Assembly (NCBI GenBank): GCA_965220695.1
Contig: OZ244838.1
Coordinates: 4,547,293-4,611,292 of the forward strand
Origin: Vicinamibacterales bacterium
GTDB lineage: Bacteria > Acidobacteriota > Vicinamibacteria > Vicinamibacterales > UBA8438
Reading direction: 5' to 3'
DNA length: 64,000 nucleotides
The notes under the pieces are model-generated. The model was not told where the DNA came from, ran no database searches, and saw nothing but the letters and a program-made list of their open reading frames with translations. Below, piece after piece: positions 63,693 to 64,000 of the stretch. Position 1 is the first letter of the stretch; every line of letters starts with the position of its first letter. The translations under genes and the position numbers were made by a program.

Positions 63693-64000
63693 GTGGCGCC
63701 CAGTCGATCTCCACCCGTCGGGCGTATGGTGTGCAGCGCGTCTGCCGCGTGTGGGCACGGCCGCGGTCGAGTGTCTATGCGCGGCGGCAGGCACCGCGGG
63801 ACTGCGCGCGCGCGCATCGGCGCGGGCCCGTCGGCGCGGCCCCGGACGAGGTCCTGGTGGGCCACATCCGCCGGGTGCTCGAAGCGTCGCCGTTTCATGG
63901 TGAGGGCTACCGGAAAGTCTGGGCGAAGCTGCGGGTCGAGGGGATTCGGACCTCGCCGGAGCGGGTGCGCCGATTAATGCGTGCGCACGACCTCCAGGCC
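63689..64000 (+). CDS. IS3-family OrfB transposase, N-terminal part (runs off the window)
   Basis: My own translation from ATG 63689 (ATGA overlap) is MSGAQSISTRRAYGVQRVCRVWARPRSSVYARR...FHGEGYRKVWAKLRVEGIRTSPERVRRLMRAHDLQA. This is the typical HTH_21 start of IS3 OrfB. It is absent from the ORF track because there is no stop in the window. Confidence 0.75.
   Translation, partial: MSGAQSISTRRAYGVQRVCRVWARPRSSVYARRQAPRDCARAHRRGPVGAAPDEVLVGHIRRVLEASPFHGEGYRKVWAKLRVEGIRTSPERVRRLMRAHDLQA

Overview
This is a high-G+C bacterial chromosomal segment, roughly 62-72% G+C in hand-sampled lines. I had no search tools, so every functional call rests on motifs I recognise in the supplied translations. Gene content hints at an Acidobacteriota- or Gemmatimonadota-like soil or sediment organism, but that is inference only.

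**Core genome (1-46 kb):**
- an RND pump, a tannase-family esterase and a BrnT/BrnA toxin-antitoxin pair
- a selenocysteine-containing formate dehydrogenase-N-type locus (fdhD, then fdnG[UGA]HI-fdhE)
- an ECF sigma / anti-sigma / YbjQ operon
- a flap endonuclease, a SIS protein and a frameshifted phosphodiesterase
- a PadR-HlyD-ABC exporter and a GldA/F/G-like ABC system with a DUF4340 protein
- leuCD-lysR-leuA-leuB
- two tandem ~1000-aa outer-membrane paralogues, a PQQ sugar dehydrogenase and an M24 peptidase

**Accessory island (46.2 kb to the window end):** a tRNA-Ser(GCU) at 46087-46180 marks an abrupt switch to lower-G+C DNA.
- The most interesting locus is at 47.3-51.7 kb. It is a translationally coupled operon of a ubiquitin-like protein, an E2-like protein and a JAB/E1 fusion.
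- That operon has a divergent XRE regulator, a convergent 526-aa papain-fold-like protein and a small upstream ORF. I read it as a candidate ubiquitination-like, possibly defence, system.
- The rest is an insertion-sequence pile-up: IS110, IS66, two IS5/IS1182-like copies, IS630, and IS6 and IS3 fragments.
- It also carries an orphan Dam-family methyltransferase and an unassignable 648-aa + 88-aa gene pair.

Two 165-bp MITEs and one remnant in the core share terminal repeats with the island's IS5-like element. Many long antisense ORFs in the track are high-GC artefacts.
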